From a bacterium (GTDB lineage Bacteria; Actinomycetota; Acidimicrobiia; Acidimicrobiales; Bin134): a DNA stretch of 64,000 nt. The translations under genes and the position numbers were made by a program. Below are positions 31,310-40,964 of this stretch, in pieces. The DNA lies in assembly GCA_026709025.1 (NCBI GenBank), contig JAPOTT010000029.1:86231-150230 (forward strand), written 5' to 3'. The notes under the pieces are model-generated. The model made no database searches and had not been told where the DNA came from. It was given only the letters and a program-made list of their open reading frames with translations. Each line of letters starts with the position of its first letter. Position 1 is the first letter of the stretch.

Positions 31310-32032
31310 TCAGATAGAACGGCTGACCCCAAGATATGCCTCTTGGAGGTCAAAGCGGGTGGCGAAATCCTCGGTAGCTAAGTCCACTACGATCTCGCCT
31401 CGGTCTATCACCAAAACCCGTTCAGACAACCTCAGCGCCACATTGAGGTTTTGTTCCACAACTAGGATTCCCATGGGCGAAGCCTCGATGAGGGTGTTGC
31501 AAGCTGCAACTAGGTTGTCGATAATCACCGGGGCAAGCCCTTCTGAGGGCTCATCCATGATTAGCAGCTTTGGCCCTACCGAAACCGCACGGGCAATGGC
31601 CAGCATCTGTTGTTCGCCTCCCGACAGGTTCTTGGCGAGGCTGGAACGTCTAGCTCGCAGGGCGGGAAAGATCTCAAACAGCCGTTCCATTGGCCATTCG
31701 GGAACGCAAAGGCTTCCTAGCATGGCAAAGTGTTCTTCTACGGTACAGCTGTTGAATATGCGGCGACCCTGGGGCACATAACCCACCCCTAAACGGCCGA
31801 TTTGGCGGGGGCGCAAGCCACGAATGTTTTTACCCTCACAACGGATCACACCAGCGGTGCTGCGGTGCAGGCCGGTGATAGCTGAGCAGAGAGTGGTTTT
31901 GCCAGCACCATTGCGCCCCAAGATGGCTAGCCGTTCTTTGGTCATGGAGAACTTCACGCAGCGCAGAACCTGTGCTGTGCCGTAGGAGGCATCGGTGATG
32001 TCCACCTCTAGCAGGCAAGGGTGACTCATCAC
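31310..32032 (-). CDS. HAAT-family (LivF-like) ABC transporter ATP-binding protein
   Basis: Walker A GRNGAGKTT, signature LSGGEQQMLAIAR and Walker B LLIMDEPSEGL. Confidence 0.9.
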   Translation of the reverse strand: MMSHPCLLEVDITDASYGTAQVLRCVKFSMTKERLAILGRNGAGKTTLCSAITGLHRSTAGVIRCEGKNIRGLRPRQIGRLGVGYVPQGRRIFNSCTVEEHFAMLGSLCVPEWPMERLFEIFPALRARRSSLAKNLSGGEQQMLAIARAVSVGPKLLIMDEPSEGLAPVIIDNLVAACNTLIEASPMGILVVEQNLNVALRLSERVLVIDRGEIVVDLATEDFATRFDLQEAYLGVSRSI

Positions 32033-32874
32033 CTATTAGTGCCGTTCATTGCTTTACTGGTTGTTTGCTGGAGTTGTTGTTGGCCGTGTTGTTCGCCAAG
32101 ATAGACGGCCCTCACCACTGGGTTGGCCTCGATCTCTGCGGGTTTGCCGGCGGCGATGAGCCGACCAGATTCCAGCACCAAAACCCTATCTGCAACGGTA
32201 AGCGCCACATTCATGTCGTGTTCCACAAGTACCAAGGCCACCGAGGAATCTAAACCAACTAGCAACCCGGTGAGATGCTCTCGTTCGCTAGGTGAGAGGC
32301 CCGCAGCCGGTTCATCCAACAAGATGATGTGGGGGTTTGTGGCTAGGGCCATGGCTACCTCAAGCTGCCGGAGTTCACCATGGCTGAGCTGGTTAGATTT
32401 GGTATGCATCTGGTTTTGCAGCCCCACTTGGGCTGCAATGCCAAGAGTGGCTTGGGCAATTTGGGTGCGACCACGGCTGTTGGGCCACAGCGATAGCCGC
32501 CCCGGAACCGGCCCTCGCCGGGCAAGGTACAGGTGTTCTTGTACTGTTAAATCTGCAAACACAGATGAGGTTTGGTAGGTGCGGGCCAAGCCACGACGCA
32601 CCCGGTGATGCAGCGCTAAAGCGGTTACGTCTTGGCCCCGTAGGTAAACCTGTCCGGAGTCCGCAACAAGATCGCCGCATATAAGGTTAAACAGTGTGGA
32701 CTTGCCAGCTCCGTTAGGGCCTAAGATGGCAAGGCGCTCCCCAGCGCAGAGAGTAAAGCTAACCTGTGAGACGGCACTAACACCGCCAAAAGACCGCGAG
32801 AGCGAATCCACCTTGAGGGGAACAGGTGGGTTCGGTTGCTGATCCATGTTAGCTAGCCGCATGCTGAGGAGCAC
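32029..32874 (-). CDS. HAAT-family (LivG-like) ABC transporter ATP-binding protein
   Basis: Walker A GPNGAGKST, signature LSHGELRQLEVAMAL and Walker B ILLDEPAAGL. It overlaps the downstream ATPase gene by 4 nt. Confidence 0.9.
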   Translation of the reverse strand: MLLSMRLANMDQQPNPPVPLKVDSLSRSFGGVSAVSQVSFTLCAGERLAILGPNGAGKSTLFNLICGDLVADSGQVYLRGQDVTALALHHRVRRGLARTYQTSSVFADLTVQEHLYLARRGPVPGRLSLWPNSRGRTQIAQATLGIAAQVGLQNQMHTKSNQLSHGELRQLEVAMALATNPHIILLDEPAAGLSPSEREHLTGLLVGLDSSVALVLVEHDMNVALTVADRVLVLESGRLIAAGKPAEIEANPVVRAVYLGEQHGQQQLQQTTSKAMNGTNR

Positions 32875-32894
32875 CTAGCCTTTAGCCGCAGCTC

Positions 32895-34322
32895 TTAGCC
32901 GCAGGGAGGGTTGTTACGGCTGAAGCTGCCCTTGGCGATGTAGGAGTCGCGCTCAAAGCCCAAGGTGGCGTTCACCTGAGGCAAGGTGTCAATGGTGACC
33001 TGAGCTCCATCTTGTACTTCGCGCAGGTAGATGTCAACCACTGCTTGGCGATTCTCATCTAGGTATACGGGGCCGATTGGGGTATCCCAACGCAGGTCGG
33101 TTAAGGCCGCTTGAAAGGCTGAGCTGCCATCGGAGATGTCACCACCCACCATTTCTAGTGCTGCAAGGGCCGATTTGGTGGCTATGTAGTAGTAGACGTT
33201 GAAGATGTTGGGTGTTTGCCCATCGAATACCTCATCTAGGCGAGCAGCAAAGGCGTTGAAGTTGGCCAAACCTGAATCATCCACCACAGGCCCAGATGAG
33301 ATCATGCCCTCGGCCCGATCGCCTAGTTCGGTAAGCACGGATTGGTCTACAGCAGTCGGTCCAGCGATAAGCGGGATGGCCTGGCCGGTGAAGTCGTCGT
33401 ATTGTTTGACGAAGTTAATAGCATCGGTTCCGCCCATGGCAAAGAACACGGCATCCACATCGTCGGGAATCTGCGCGATGAACGAGGAGTAGTCTTGTGT
33501 GCCTAACGGCACCCAAATCCTGTCGGTAACTGTTCCTCCAGCAGCGCAGAACTCGGTGAGCACAGCACCCACCTGATCGTATGGGTAGGAGTAGTCCTCT
33601 GCGATGGTGGCGATGCGCCTGTGCCCCAGCCCCTCATAAGCGTAGGTGCCCACGCCATAGGCCCACATTGCACCGTCAGCCCCGAAGCGGAACACGTTAG
33701 GTGCTGGATCACGCAGGGTTAGATCTTGGGATGCGGATGTTCCGTTAACCAGAGTTACCGCGGGAATGTCGCGGATGTAGTCCTTTAGGGCCAGACCTTC
33801 ATCGCCCGATAATGGGCCGATGATGATGTCGGCGTTGTCTTGTTCAACCATCTTGCGGGTGGCCTCGACTGCCACATCAGGCGTGGCATCGGATCCTTCA
33901 ATCACCAAACGGATGGGCACTCCAGCCACAGATGCGCCTGAGACACCGTCGCGGGTTCCGCTGCCGTCAAGCACTCCGCCGTATTCCATTAGCGCCAACT
34001 TCACGCCATGCATGGAGAAGTCGCCAAGGCCAGCAAAAGGGCCATCCAAGGTGGAGATTGCGCCGATGGTGATCTCTTGGGTGCGCGGTGTTGGCTCGCT
34101 GGGCACCTCGGTTGGCTCGCTAGGGGCCGATGGTTGGTCTGGCACGTTAGCTGTGGCTGCAGCAGTGGCTGCAGTTGTGGCTTGGGCAGCTAGTGGCGGC
34201 TCATCTGCGTTGTCGTCATCGTTGCCGCAGGCTGCGATCACTAAACAGAAGACGGCTAAGAGGGTCACAAGCCGCCATAGCGGCTTGAAGTTGTTGGTTT
34301 GCATGATGGTATTGCCTTTCAT
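32895..34322 (-). CDS. HAAT-family (LivJ-like) substrate-binding lipoprotein, ligand unknown
   Basis: Signal peptide plus lipobox (VIAACGNDDD), then an Ala/Pro/Thr linker and a type I periplasmic-binding fold region. 475 aa. Confidence 0.8.
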   Translation of the reverse strand: MKGNTIMQTNNFKPLWRLVTLLAVFCLVIAACGNDDDNADEPPLAAQATTAATAAATANVPDQPSAPSEPTEVPSEPTPRTQEITIGAISTLDGPFAGLGDFSMHGVKLALMEYGGVLDGSGTRDGVSGASVAGVPIRLVIEGSDATPDVAVEATRKMVEQDNADIIIGPLSGDEGLALKDYIRDIPAVTLVNGTSASQDLTLRDPAPNVFRFGADGAMWAYGVGTYAYEGLGHRRIATIAEDYSYPYDQVGAVLTEFCAAGGTVTDRIWVPLGTQDYSSFIAQIPDDVDAVFFAMGGTDAINFVKQYDDFTGQAIPLIAGPTAVDQSVLTELGDRAEGMISSGPVVDDSGLANFNAFAARLDEVFDGQTPNIFNVYYYIATKSALAALEMVGGDISDGSSAFQAALTDLRWDTPIGPVYLDENRQAVVDIYLREVQDGAQVTIDTLPQVNATLGFERDSYIAKGSFSRNNPPCG

Positions 34323-34325
34323 TGG

Positions 34326-35414
34326 TTAGGGATTTGTTTGCGGGTAGGGTTGTTTGGCTTTCAACCGCTGGCCGCCGAACAACTTGATTGCTTTGTGTGC
34401 TTTTGTTCTGGCGTTGATAAATATGCCGAGCAAGCCGTTGCGGGATATGAGCACGATCACCATGAACACAGCACCCACTAGGGTTGAGGTGCGGTTGGTG
34501 AACTCGTTGGCGTAGTTGCGAAGCAAGGTAACCACTAGAGCGCCCAAAAATGCCCCTTCTAAGCGGATGGTGCCGCCGATGGTCACCACTATGAGGAGCT
34601 CAATGATCCGCGCTATATCTATAGAGCCCGGCGAGATCGCGCCGTTGTACCAAACCGCAAGCACACCCCCGATGCCCGCGGAGAAACCGGCCACCGCAAA
34701 GGCTGAAACTGTGGTGGCTGCGGTGCTGTAGCCCAAGGCACTTAGCCTTTTGCGATTATCTCGCAACCCCCGATAGGCCAATCCCGCGGGGCTTTGTGCA
34801 ACTAGGCGTAACAAGATAACCACTCCCACAGCAGCTATGGCGCTTACATAGAACAGGGGTTCGCGCTCTTGTAGGTTGACCCCCTTGATGATCGGGGCAT
34901 CGAACCCGTTGAACCCTGTGTGACCTCGGGTGATGGGCTGGTACTGCTGGGCAAAAAAGAAAACAAAAACGCCTATGGCTAGGGTTAGCATCATCAGGTA
35001 GAGGCCAGATGAGCGTTGGCTGATGATGCCGATAATCAGCCCCGCCACAGGTCCAGCAATGCAAGCGGCAGCCACCGCAACCCAAATACCCACGTCGTGT
35101 TCCAGAACCAAAATGGCCATGAGATATCCCGAAGTGCCAAACACGGCAGTTTGGGCCAGTGAGATTAGGCCAGCTTGTCCGATCAAAAAGGCTAAGCTGC
35201 TGCCAGCGATTCCCAACCAAAGCGACTTGATTACGATTTGCAGCAGGACAAAGTCTGAAACCAACACAGGGGTGGCTGCGATGGCAGCACCTATAACAAG
35301 CAGCAAAGCGCAGTTTGCTAGAAGTCGACCAGATTTAGCGCTAAACACACCCCCCAACTCCCCACGCTCCCTAAGCTCAGAGCCGTTAGTTACAGCGTGC
35401 TCAGGCCTGTACAT
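34326..35414 (-). CDS. HAAT-family (LivM-like) ABC transporter permease
   Basis: Multi-TM protein. The ATG at 35414 overlaps the upstream permease gene by 14 nt, whereas the track start at 35474 would overlap it by 74 nt. Confidence 0.8.
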   Translation of the reverse strand: MYRPEHAVTNGSELRERGELGGVFSAKSGRLLANCALLLVIGAAIAATPVLVSDFVLLQIVIKSLWLGIAGSSLAFLIGQAGLISLAQTAVFGTSGYLMAILVLEHDVGIWVAVAAACIAGPVAGLIIGIISQRSSGLYLMMLTLAIGVFVFFFAQQYQPITRGHTGFNGFDAPIIKGVNLQEREPLFYVSAIAAVGVVILLRLVAQSPAGLAYRGLRDNRKRLSALGYSTAATTVSAFAVAGFSAGIGGVLAVWYNGAISPGSIDIARIIELLIVVTIGGTIRLEGAFLGALVVTLLRNYANEFTNRTSTLVGAVFMVIVLISRNGLLGIFINARTKAHKAIKLFGGQRLKAKQPYPQTNP

Positions 35415-36348
35415 GGGTTGCCCCTTTGATAAGGCCCTGTGGACGCAGCACCAAAATGGCGATGAGGCTGCCAAAGGTGATCAGCACGCTCAGCACCGGG
35501 TGGTGGGTTTGAGCGAAGGCTTCTACTAGGCCCACAATGATTGCTGCGGCACCAGCGCCTCTTAGGCTGCCTAATCCGCCAGCTATCACCACGATTAGCG
35601 ATGCCAACAAGATGCGGTTGTCTTCACCTTGGGCCAAAGACAGATAGGTTCCGCCTGCGGCACCTGCAATCCCGGCGAGAGCGCCAGCCAGCATGAACAC
35701 GCTGGCAAGCACCAGCGGTACACGAATACCCAGAACAGAAACCATGTCTGCGTCATCCACTCCAGCCCGAATAAGCATTCCGAGCCTTGTTTTGTAAAGG
35801 AGTACCCACAACAAAAGGCCCGCTAACACCGCTAGAGCTACCACTGCCAGCCTGAACTTGGGGTAAAGCAGGGGCGACCCAGGAAGGTGGATGGAGCCGG
35901 TGAGAAACGAGGGAGGAGCCAAATCGGTGGGTATCCCGCCCCAAGTGGCTAGAGTTTGATCTGCGATCACGATGGTTGCGCCCAAGGTGAGCATCGTCTC
36001 GCGGAGGTCGTCTCCTTTGAGCAAACGTAGCAATAGGTACAGCACCAAGCTCACACCTGCGGCAAACAAAGCGCCTAGCATCACAGCTAAAAACCAGTTA
36101 CCGGTTGTTCTTTGCACCGACAAGGCCCCGTAGCCGCCCAAAAGATATATGCCCCCATGGGCTAGGTTGGTCACCCGAGCCAACCCAAACACCAAGGTGA
36201 ACCCGCTGGCCATTAGAAAGTACAAGCCCGCGGCGGTCAGGCCGTTCAACAGCACCAGCAGCGAGCGGTCGCCAATCTCCACCGACTTGGATACCGCGTA
36301 ATAGGCCAATAACACCGCCACAGCCACTCCGAGTAAACGGCGAGCCAT
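35401..36348 (-). CDS. HAAT-family (LivH-like) ABC transporter permease
   Basis: 315 aa, multi-TM, with LivH-like Gly-rich segments. Confidence 0.85.
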   Translation of the reverse strand: MARRLLGVAVAVLLAYYAVSKSVEIGDRSLLVLLNGLTAAGLYFLMASGFTLVFGLARVTNLAHGGIYLLGGYGALSVQRTTGNWFLAVMLGALFAAGVSLVLYLLLRLLKGDDLRETMLTLGATIVIADQTLATWGGIPTDLAPPSFLTGSIHLPGSPLLYPKFRLAVVALAVLAGLLLWVLLYKTRLGMLIRAGVDDADMVSVLGIRVPLVLASVFMLAGALAGIAGAAGGTYLSLAQGEDNRILLASLIVVIAGGLGSLRGAGAAAIIVGLVEAFAQTHHPVLSVLITFGSLIAILVLRPQGLIKGATHVQA

Positions 36349-38148
36349 TTAGATGTGCTGTTCCTCGCGCAGAGCTGTGGCGTAGTCGGCTAGATGTTCT
36401 TGTGGGGCGGTGGGCAGCAGCGGGAAGTCCCACCAGCCCACCACCTCGGCGGCTGCTATAGAACTGTCTCTGGTGATGATGGTTTCCACCACAGCTGGCT
36501 CACCAGATGAGATGGCCTTTTGGAGAACCCTAGGCAGGTCTTGTGGGTCGGTAACCTTCTGCGCCTGAGAGATGCCAAAAGTTTTAGCCATCTCGGCAAA
36601 CTCCACTGAGTATTCCCTGCCGTTCAGGTGGTTGAACTCTGAGCCCACCTGTCGGTTCATCAGGTTGATTTGCCCATCTCGAATAGAGATGAAGCCTGAG
36701 TTGTTTAGCACCAAAAACACAACGGGTATGTTGTAAATCACACACACCGCCAGTTCTTGCATGGTCATCATGAAGTCGCCATCGCCCACGATGCACACCA
36801 CCGCTGTGTCGGGTTTGGCCAACTTGGCACCGATTGCTGCGGGCACTGCGAAACCCATGGGCGAAAAGCTGCCCGAGGTGATGTGGGTGCGGGGCTCATA
36901 TATCGGGAAGGCTTGCTTGGTAGATGATTGTGGATGGCCCGAGCCCACGGTGACGATACCGTTGCGTGGTAGCACCTTGCGCAGTTCGCTTAGCACCCTG
37001 AGCATGGTCATAGGCGAACCCTGGTGATCGCGCCGGTGGCTGAGGTCTTTTTCCCACTGTGCTTTGAGGCCAGCTAGCTCATCTAGGTAGCCCGCCCTTT
37101 GCTTTCGTGCCCGGTCGGCATCGGTTTTGGAGGTGGCGGCCACCATGTCGGCCAACGCCGAGGAGACATCGGCCACTATTCCCACCTCGGCGGGATAGTT
37201 TTTGCCAATCTCTGTGGGGTCAATGTCTATTTGGATGAGTTGGCCTGGAGGCAACGAAAAGGTGGCACCTTTGCGCCATGAAGACGAAGACCAGTCGGTG
37301 AACTTGCAACCCAGCGACAACACCACATCGGCGCTAGCTGCCAGCTTGTTACCAGGTAACGAGCCAGGCCAGCCTGCGGTGCCAGCGTTGAGGGTATGGT
37401 CGTCGCTCAGGGCACCCTTGCCGTTCCATGTGTAGACAACGGGTATGGCTAGTTTCTCAGCCAGTGATGCCAACTCAACAGAAGCGTCCGACATAACTGC
37501 ACCTCCGCCAGCCACAATGCAAGGCCGTTTAGCTGAAAGGAGCATTTCGCAGGCGGTCAGCACAGCGTCTTCATCGGCCCGCTGCAGGCCATGAGGTAGG
37601 CGCGGCTTCAGGTCGGCTACGTTCACATCTGCTTGTTCCACCTGTACATCCAGGGGAATCTCAATGTGTACAGGCCCGCGCCGCCCCGAGAGCATGGCAT
37701 TAAATGCCCTGTGCATCAAAAAGGGGGCTTCAATGGCCTTGACCATTTCGAAACTGCGCTTGGTGATGGGCCCGGTTACCTGCTTGAAGGGGAACCGGTC
37801 GAGGCCTTGCATAACTCCGTGGCTACGCATGTGGGTGGCAACCGAGCCTGTCAACAACAAACACGAGGTGGAGTCGGCTTGAGCGGTGGCTAGACCGATG
37901 ACCGTGTTGGCTGCACCAGGGCCGATAGAAGTGGTAGCGGCGATTGGCTGACCGGTTACCCGGTAGTGGGCATCTGCTATGTGAACTGCCGACTGTTCGT
38001 GAAACACCTGCACAAACGGGAGTTGGCAGTTGTCGTCTAAGAAGGCATCTAGCAGGCTCCAGTTCCCGTGCCCAGGCAGGCCGGTAACATAGGGAACCCC
38101 GTAGGCTTTTAGAGCGCTAGCGATTATTTGGCCTGTGGTTTGCATCAT
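36349..38148 (-). CDS. Thiamine-diphosphate-dependent enzyme (acetolactate synthase / IolD / Xsc superfamily), specific function unknown
   Basis: N-terminal PYR domain (TSIGPGAANTV) and ThDP-binding motif GDGDFMM...NNSGF. The start is taken at ATGATG (38148). The track extension to 38358 lies inside the upstream gene. Confidence 0.8.
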   Translation of the reverse strand: MMQTTGQIIASALKAYGVPYVTGLPGHGNWSLLDAFLDDNCQLPFVQVFHEQSAVHIADAHYRVTGQPIAATTSIGPGAANTVIGLATAQADSTSCLLLTGSVATHMRSHGVMQGLDRFPFKQVTGPITKRSFEMVKAIEAPFLMHRAFNAMLSGRRGPVHIEIPLDVQVEQADVNVADLKPRLPHGLQRADEDAVLTACEMLLSAKRPCIVAGGGAVMSDASVELASLAEKLAIPVVYTWNGKGALSDDHTLNAGTAGWPGSLPGNKLAASADVVLSLGCKFTDWSSSSWRKGATFSLPPGQLIQIDIDPTEIGKNYPAEVGIVADVSSALADMVAATSKTDADRARKQRAGYLDELAGLKAQWEKDLSHRRDHQGSPMTMLRVLSELRKVLPRNGIVTVGSGHPQSSTKQAFPIYEPRTHITSGSFSPMGFAVPAAIGAKLAKPDTAVVCIVGDGDFMMTMQELAVCVIYNIPVVFLVLNNSGFISIRDGQINLMNRQVGSEFNHLNGREYSVEFAEMAKTFGISQAQKVTDPQDLPRVLQKAISSGEPAVVETIITRDSSIAAAEVVGWWDFPLLPTAPQEHLADYATALREEQHI

Positions 38149-39538
38149 TGCTCTGCTCCGTTCGTTGTGGCATCTGCTGTTGTGATGTCTGCTGATGTGG
38201 TGGTTTGTCTGGCCCGTTGTGTTGGCTTGGCCCGTTGTGCTGGTTGTGTGTGTCTGCGATGCGGATTGTGGCTGTGAGCCCGTGGCCGAACATTCCCTCG
38301 GCATCGCTGATTGCAGCAGTAGCTTCAGCGATGGGTACCGATGCAGCGGCGTTGTCAACGATTTGGTACGAGGGTGTCTTCAAGAAACTGCCCACCCAAA
38401 GCCCACTTGTGTAGCGGGCAGCACCTCTAGTGGGCAGCACGTGGTTGGTTCCGATTGCCTTATCGCCATAGGCCACGGTGGCGTGTCTCCCTAAAAAGAT
38501 GCTTCCGTAATTCTTGAGCCGGTTGTGCCACCAGTGCAGTTCGCGGGCATGAACTTCAAGGTGCTCAGGAGCCATCTCGTCGCACAAGGTTGCCGCGGCC
38601 TCGCGGGAATCGCAGTAAACCACGGTGCCAAAATCACGCCATGACTGTCCTGCCACCTTTGCAGTGGGGTAGTCGTTAGCTAGCAGTTCTTCGGTTTTGG
38701 CTATCGTTTGTTTGCCGATTTCGCGGCTAAGGGTTATCAAGATGGCCGGGCTGTCCACCCCGTGTTCGGCTTGTCCTAGCAGGTCGTAGGCCAACAGCGT
38801 GGAGTCGGCGGTGTCGTCTGCTACCACCAATATTTCGGTAGGGCCAGCAAGCAGATCGATCCCGACTGTTCCAAAGAGTTGTCGTTTGGCCTCAGCCACA
38901 TAGGCGTTGCCCGCTCCGCATATCAGGTCTACTGGATGGCCAAAGCCATCTGCGCCAAAGGCCATTGCGGCTAGGGCTTGTATGCCTCCTACTGCGTATA
39001 TCTCATCGGCACCTGCTCTGGACATGGCGGCAAGTTGCGTAGGGTGTATTCCGTTGTATTGAGGTTTGCCGGGAGCACAAGCCACAACGCGGCTTACTCC
39101 CGCAACTTTGGCTGTAGCAATCGTCATCAGCGCCGAGGCAATAAGGGGATACACCCCTCCGGGCACATAGCAGCCCACCGATCCCACGGGAACAATCTTG
39201 TGTCCAAGTTCCACACCTGCGCTGGGTTTATATGAGAGTGGCTTGATGCATTCCTTTTGGGCTGCGGCGAAACCCCTGATTTGGCGCAGGGCAAAGTCAA
39301 TTTGTTGCAACAACTCGGGCGATGTTTCGGCTTGAGCCCTATGTATGGTGGTATCTGGTATGCGGAAATCTGGAGGATTCCAGCGGTCAAACTCATTGCT
39401 CCAATGCCGCACAGCCGCGATGTTGCGCTCACGCACATCTGCGATTACCTGTTGAGCAGCACCTGATACATCTGGGCGCTGGGCTGCGTGGCTGGGTGCT
39501 TTTAGGAACTCTCGATGTTGAGTGCTGGCGTGTGCCAT
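38117..39538 (-). CDS. Histidinol dehydrogenase-family (HisD-like) NAD-dependent dehydrogenase, probably not biosynthetic HisD
   Basis: GPTEILVVADD, LLGQAEHGVDS and HVLPTRGAARYTSGLWV motifs. The gene has a catabolic-looking context and no other his genes are nearby. Confidence 0.8.
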   Translation of the reverse strand: MAHASTQHREFLKAPSHAAQRPDVSGAAQQVIADVRERNIAAVRHWSNEFDRWNPPDFRIPDTTIHRAQAETSPELLQQIDFALRQIRGFAAAQKECIKPLSYKPSAGVELGHKIVPVGSVGCYVPGGVYPLIASALMTIATAKVAGVSRVVACAPGKPQYNGIHPTQLAAMSRAGADEIYAVGGIQALAAMAFGADGFGHPVDLICGAGNAYVAEAKRQLFGTVGIDLLAGPTEILVVADDTADSTLLAYDLLGQAEHGVDSPAILITLSREIGKQTIAKTEELLANDYPTAKVAGQSWRDFGTVVYCDSREAAATLCDEMAPEHLEVHARELHWWHNRLKNYGSIFLGRHATVAYGDKAIGTNHVLPTRGAARYTSGLWVGSFLKTPSYQIVDNAAASVPIAEATAAISDAEGMFGHGLTATIRIADTHNQHNGPSQHNGPDKPPHQQTSQQQMPQRTEQSNDANHRPNNR

Positions 39539-39845
39539 TTGTTGTCTCGGTGCCTTTCTGCTTAGGGGTAATGCTTTATTTGTGCATTCGTATGCCTAGC
39601 TTGGTACACGCGTCCTAGCAAGTCAAGTCGTAGCTTAAAGATTTGGTATCAACTATGAGATTAGCTTTTTGAATGGCTAAAATCATGATTTCGTGTGTCA
39701 GGTAAAAAGGTGCAGACTCAGCTAAAGTTCATCTAGCAATACCGCTAGGCGCATGCTTGGATAGCACTAGGTGTGCAATTTATTAGTATTATGCATAAAA
39801 TGGCACTATGCAAGCATGTTGAGGGTATATGATTAGAGGCTGGCT

Positions 39846-40892
39846 ATGAGCAAGGCTATGAGTACACATCCGCAGGCGCGTCAACAAACCTCTTCGGCTA
39901 GGGCATTGAGCCGCGATGTGGCTGTTGCGGCTGGTGTGAGTCAATCCACGGTGTCAAGAGCGCTGCGAGACGATCCCCGTATCAGCTCAGCTACTCGCGA
40001 GCGAGTGCGCTTAGCAGCACAACAGCTTGGTTACGTCCCCAATAGCGTGGCTAGAAACCTGCGCGAACGGCGCAGCCGAGTGGTAGGTGTGATGGTGGAG
40101 GATATCGACAACGCCTTCTATCAGGAACTGCTTGCAGACATGCACCAAGAACTGCTCTTGGCTGGTTACGCCTTTACCTTGATTGTGGATCCGCTACATT
40201 TGCGTTCCGACGTCGCACGGTTAACGCACCTGTTGGATGCTTCTTTAGATGGTCTTATCGTGACCACTGCCACCCTTGGCAGTGATGCTCCTGCAACGCT
40301 TCAGCGGCGTGGTGTGCCGATGGTGCTATCGGTTCGCTCGGTGCCTAATCTGCAAGTAGACATAGTGGAATCCGACAACGTTGCAGCAGGTCAGCTTGCG
40401 GCTCGCCATCTTGTGAGCTTGGGCCACCAAGATGTGGCCGCGGTTATGGGGCCAGAGGTTACCTCTACCACCCAGGATAGGATTGTTGGCGCTAAACAAG
40501 TGTTTGGGCATTCATTGTTGCCCCACAGGGTGTTGCATGGCCCGTATTCTCATGAGTCAGGCCACGCACATTGTCGGCGACTGCTTCAGAGCGAGCAACC
40601 TCCTACGGCAATCATGGCCGCCAACGATGTGCTAGCTATCGGTGTTATGGATGCTGCACGGCAGATGGGTTATTCCATCCCAGAAGATGTTTCTGTGATC
40701 GGCTTTGACGATATACAAATGGCTTCTTGGCACTCATTTCGACTCACCACCGTGCGTCAAGACACCAAGTCCATCGCGGTGCAGTCGGCTAGGCGACTGA
40801 TTGAGCGGATCGAAGACCCAAACAGCCCTATTACACACGACAAGTTTCCGGTAAGCCTCACGATGCGGTCTACCACTGCTCCGCCAAAGTGA
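39846..40892 (+). CDS. LacI-family transcriptional regulator
   Basis: N-terminal HTH (VAVAAGVSQSTVSRALRD) and a C-terminal periplasmic-binding-protein-like domain. It is divergent from the 7-gene operon. Confidence 0.9.
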   Translation: MSKAMSTHPQARQQTSSARALSRDVAVAAGVSQSTVSRALRDDPRISSATRERVRLAAQQLGYVPNSVARNLRERRSRVVGVMVEDIDNAFYQELLADMHQELLLAGYAFTLIVDPLHLRSDVARLTHLLDASLDGLIVTTATLGSDAPATLQRRGVPMVLSVRSVPNLQVDIVESDNVAAGQLAARHLVSLGHQDVAAVMGPEVTSTTQDRIVGAKQVFGHSLLPHRVLHGPYSHESGHAHCRRLLQSEQPPTAIMAANDVLAIGVMDAARQMGYSIPEDVSVIGFDDIQMASWHSFRLTTVRQDTKSIAVQSARRLIERIEDPNSPITHDKFPVSLTMRSTTAPPK

Positions 40893-40923
40893 TCTGGCAA
40901 AGTGATCTGGCAAAGTGGTCTGG
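40885..40923 (+). repeat. 13-bp tandem repeat x3 (caaagtgatctgg) that includes the lacI-family stop codon
   Basis: Units 40885-40897 and 40898-40910 are identical. Unit 40911-40923 has 1 mismatch. Confidence 0.95.
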
Positions 40924-40964
40924 CTTTGGTGGCGAAGCTGGGTTTTGTTAGCTAAACCGTGGTA

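Noticed and set aside
33820-34329. 169-aa plus-strand ORF inside the Liv-type binding-protein gene, and 35023-35529 inside the permeases
   Set aside because: Antisense shadow ORFs with low-complexity Ala/Ser/Thr-rich translations.
38149-38358. 70-codon N-terminal extension of the ThDP enzyme ORF
   Set aside because: It lies entirely within the HisD-like gene 3' end. The conserved ThDP-enzyme N-terminus starts at ATGATG (38148).
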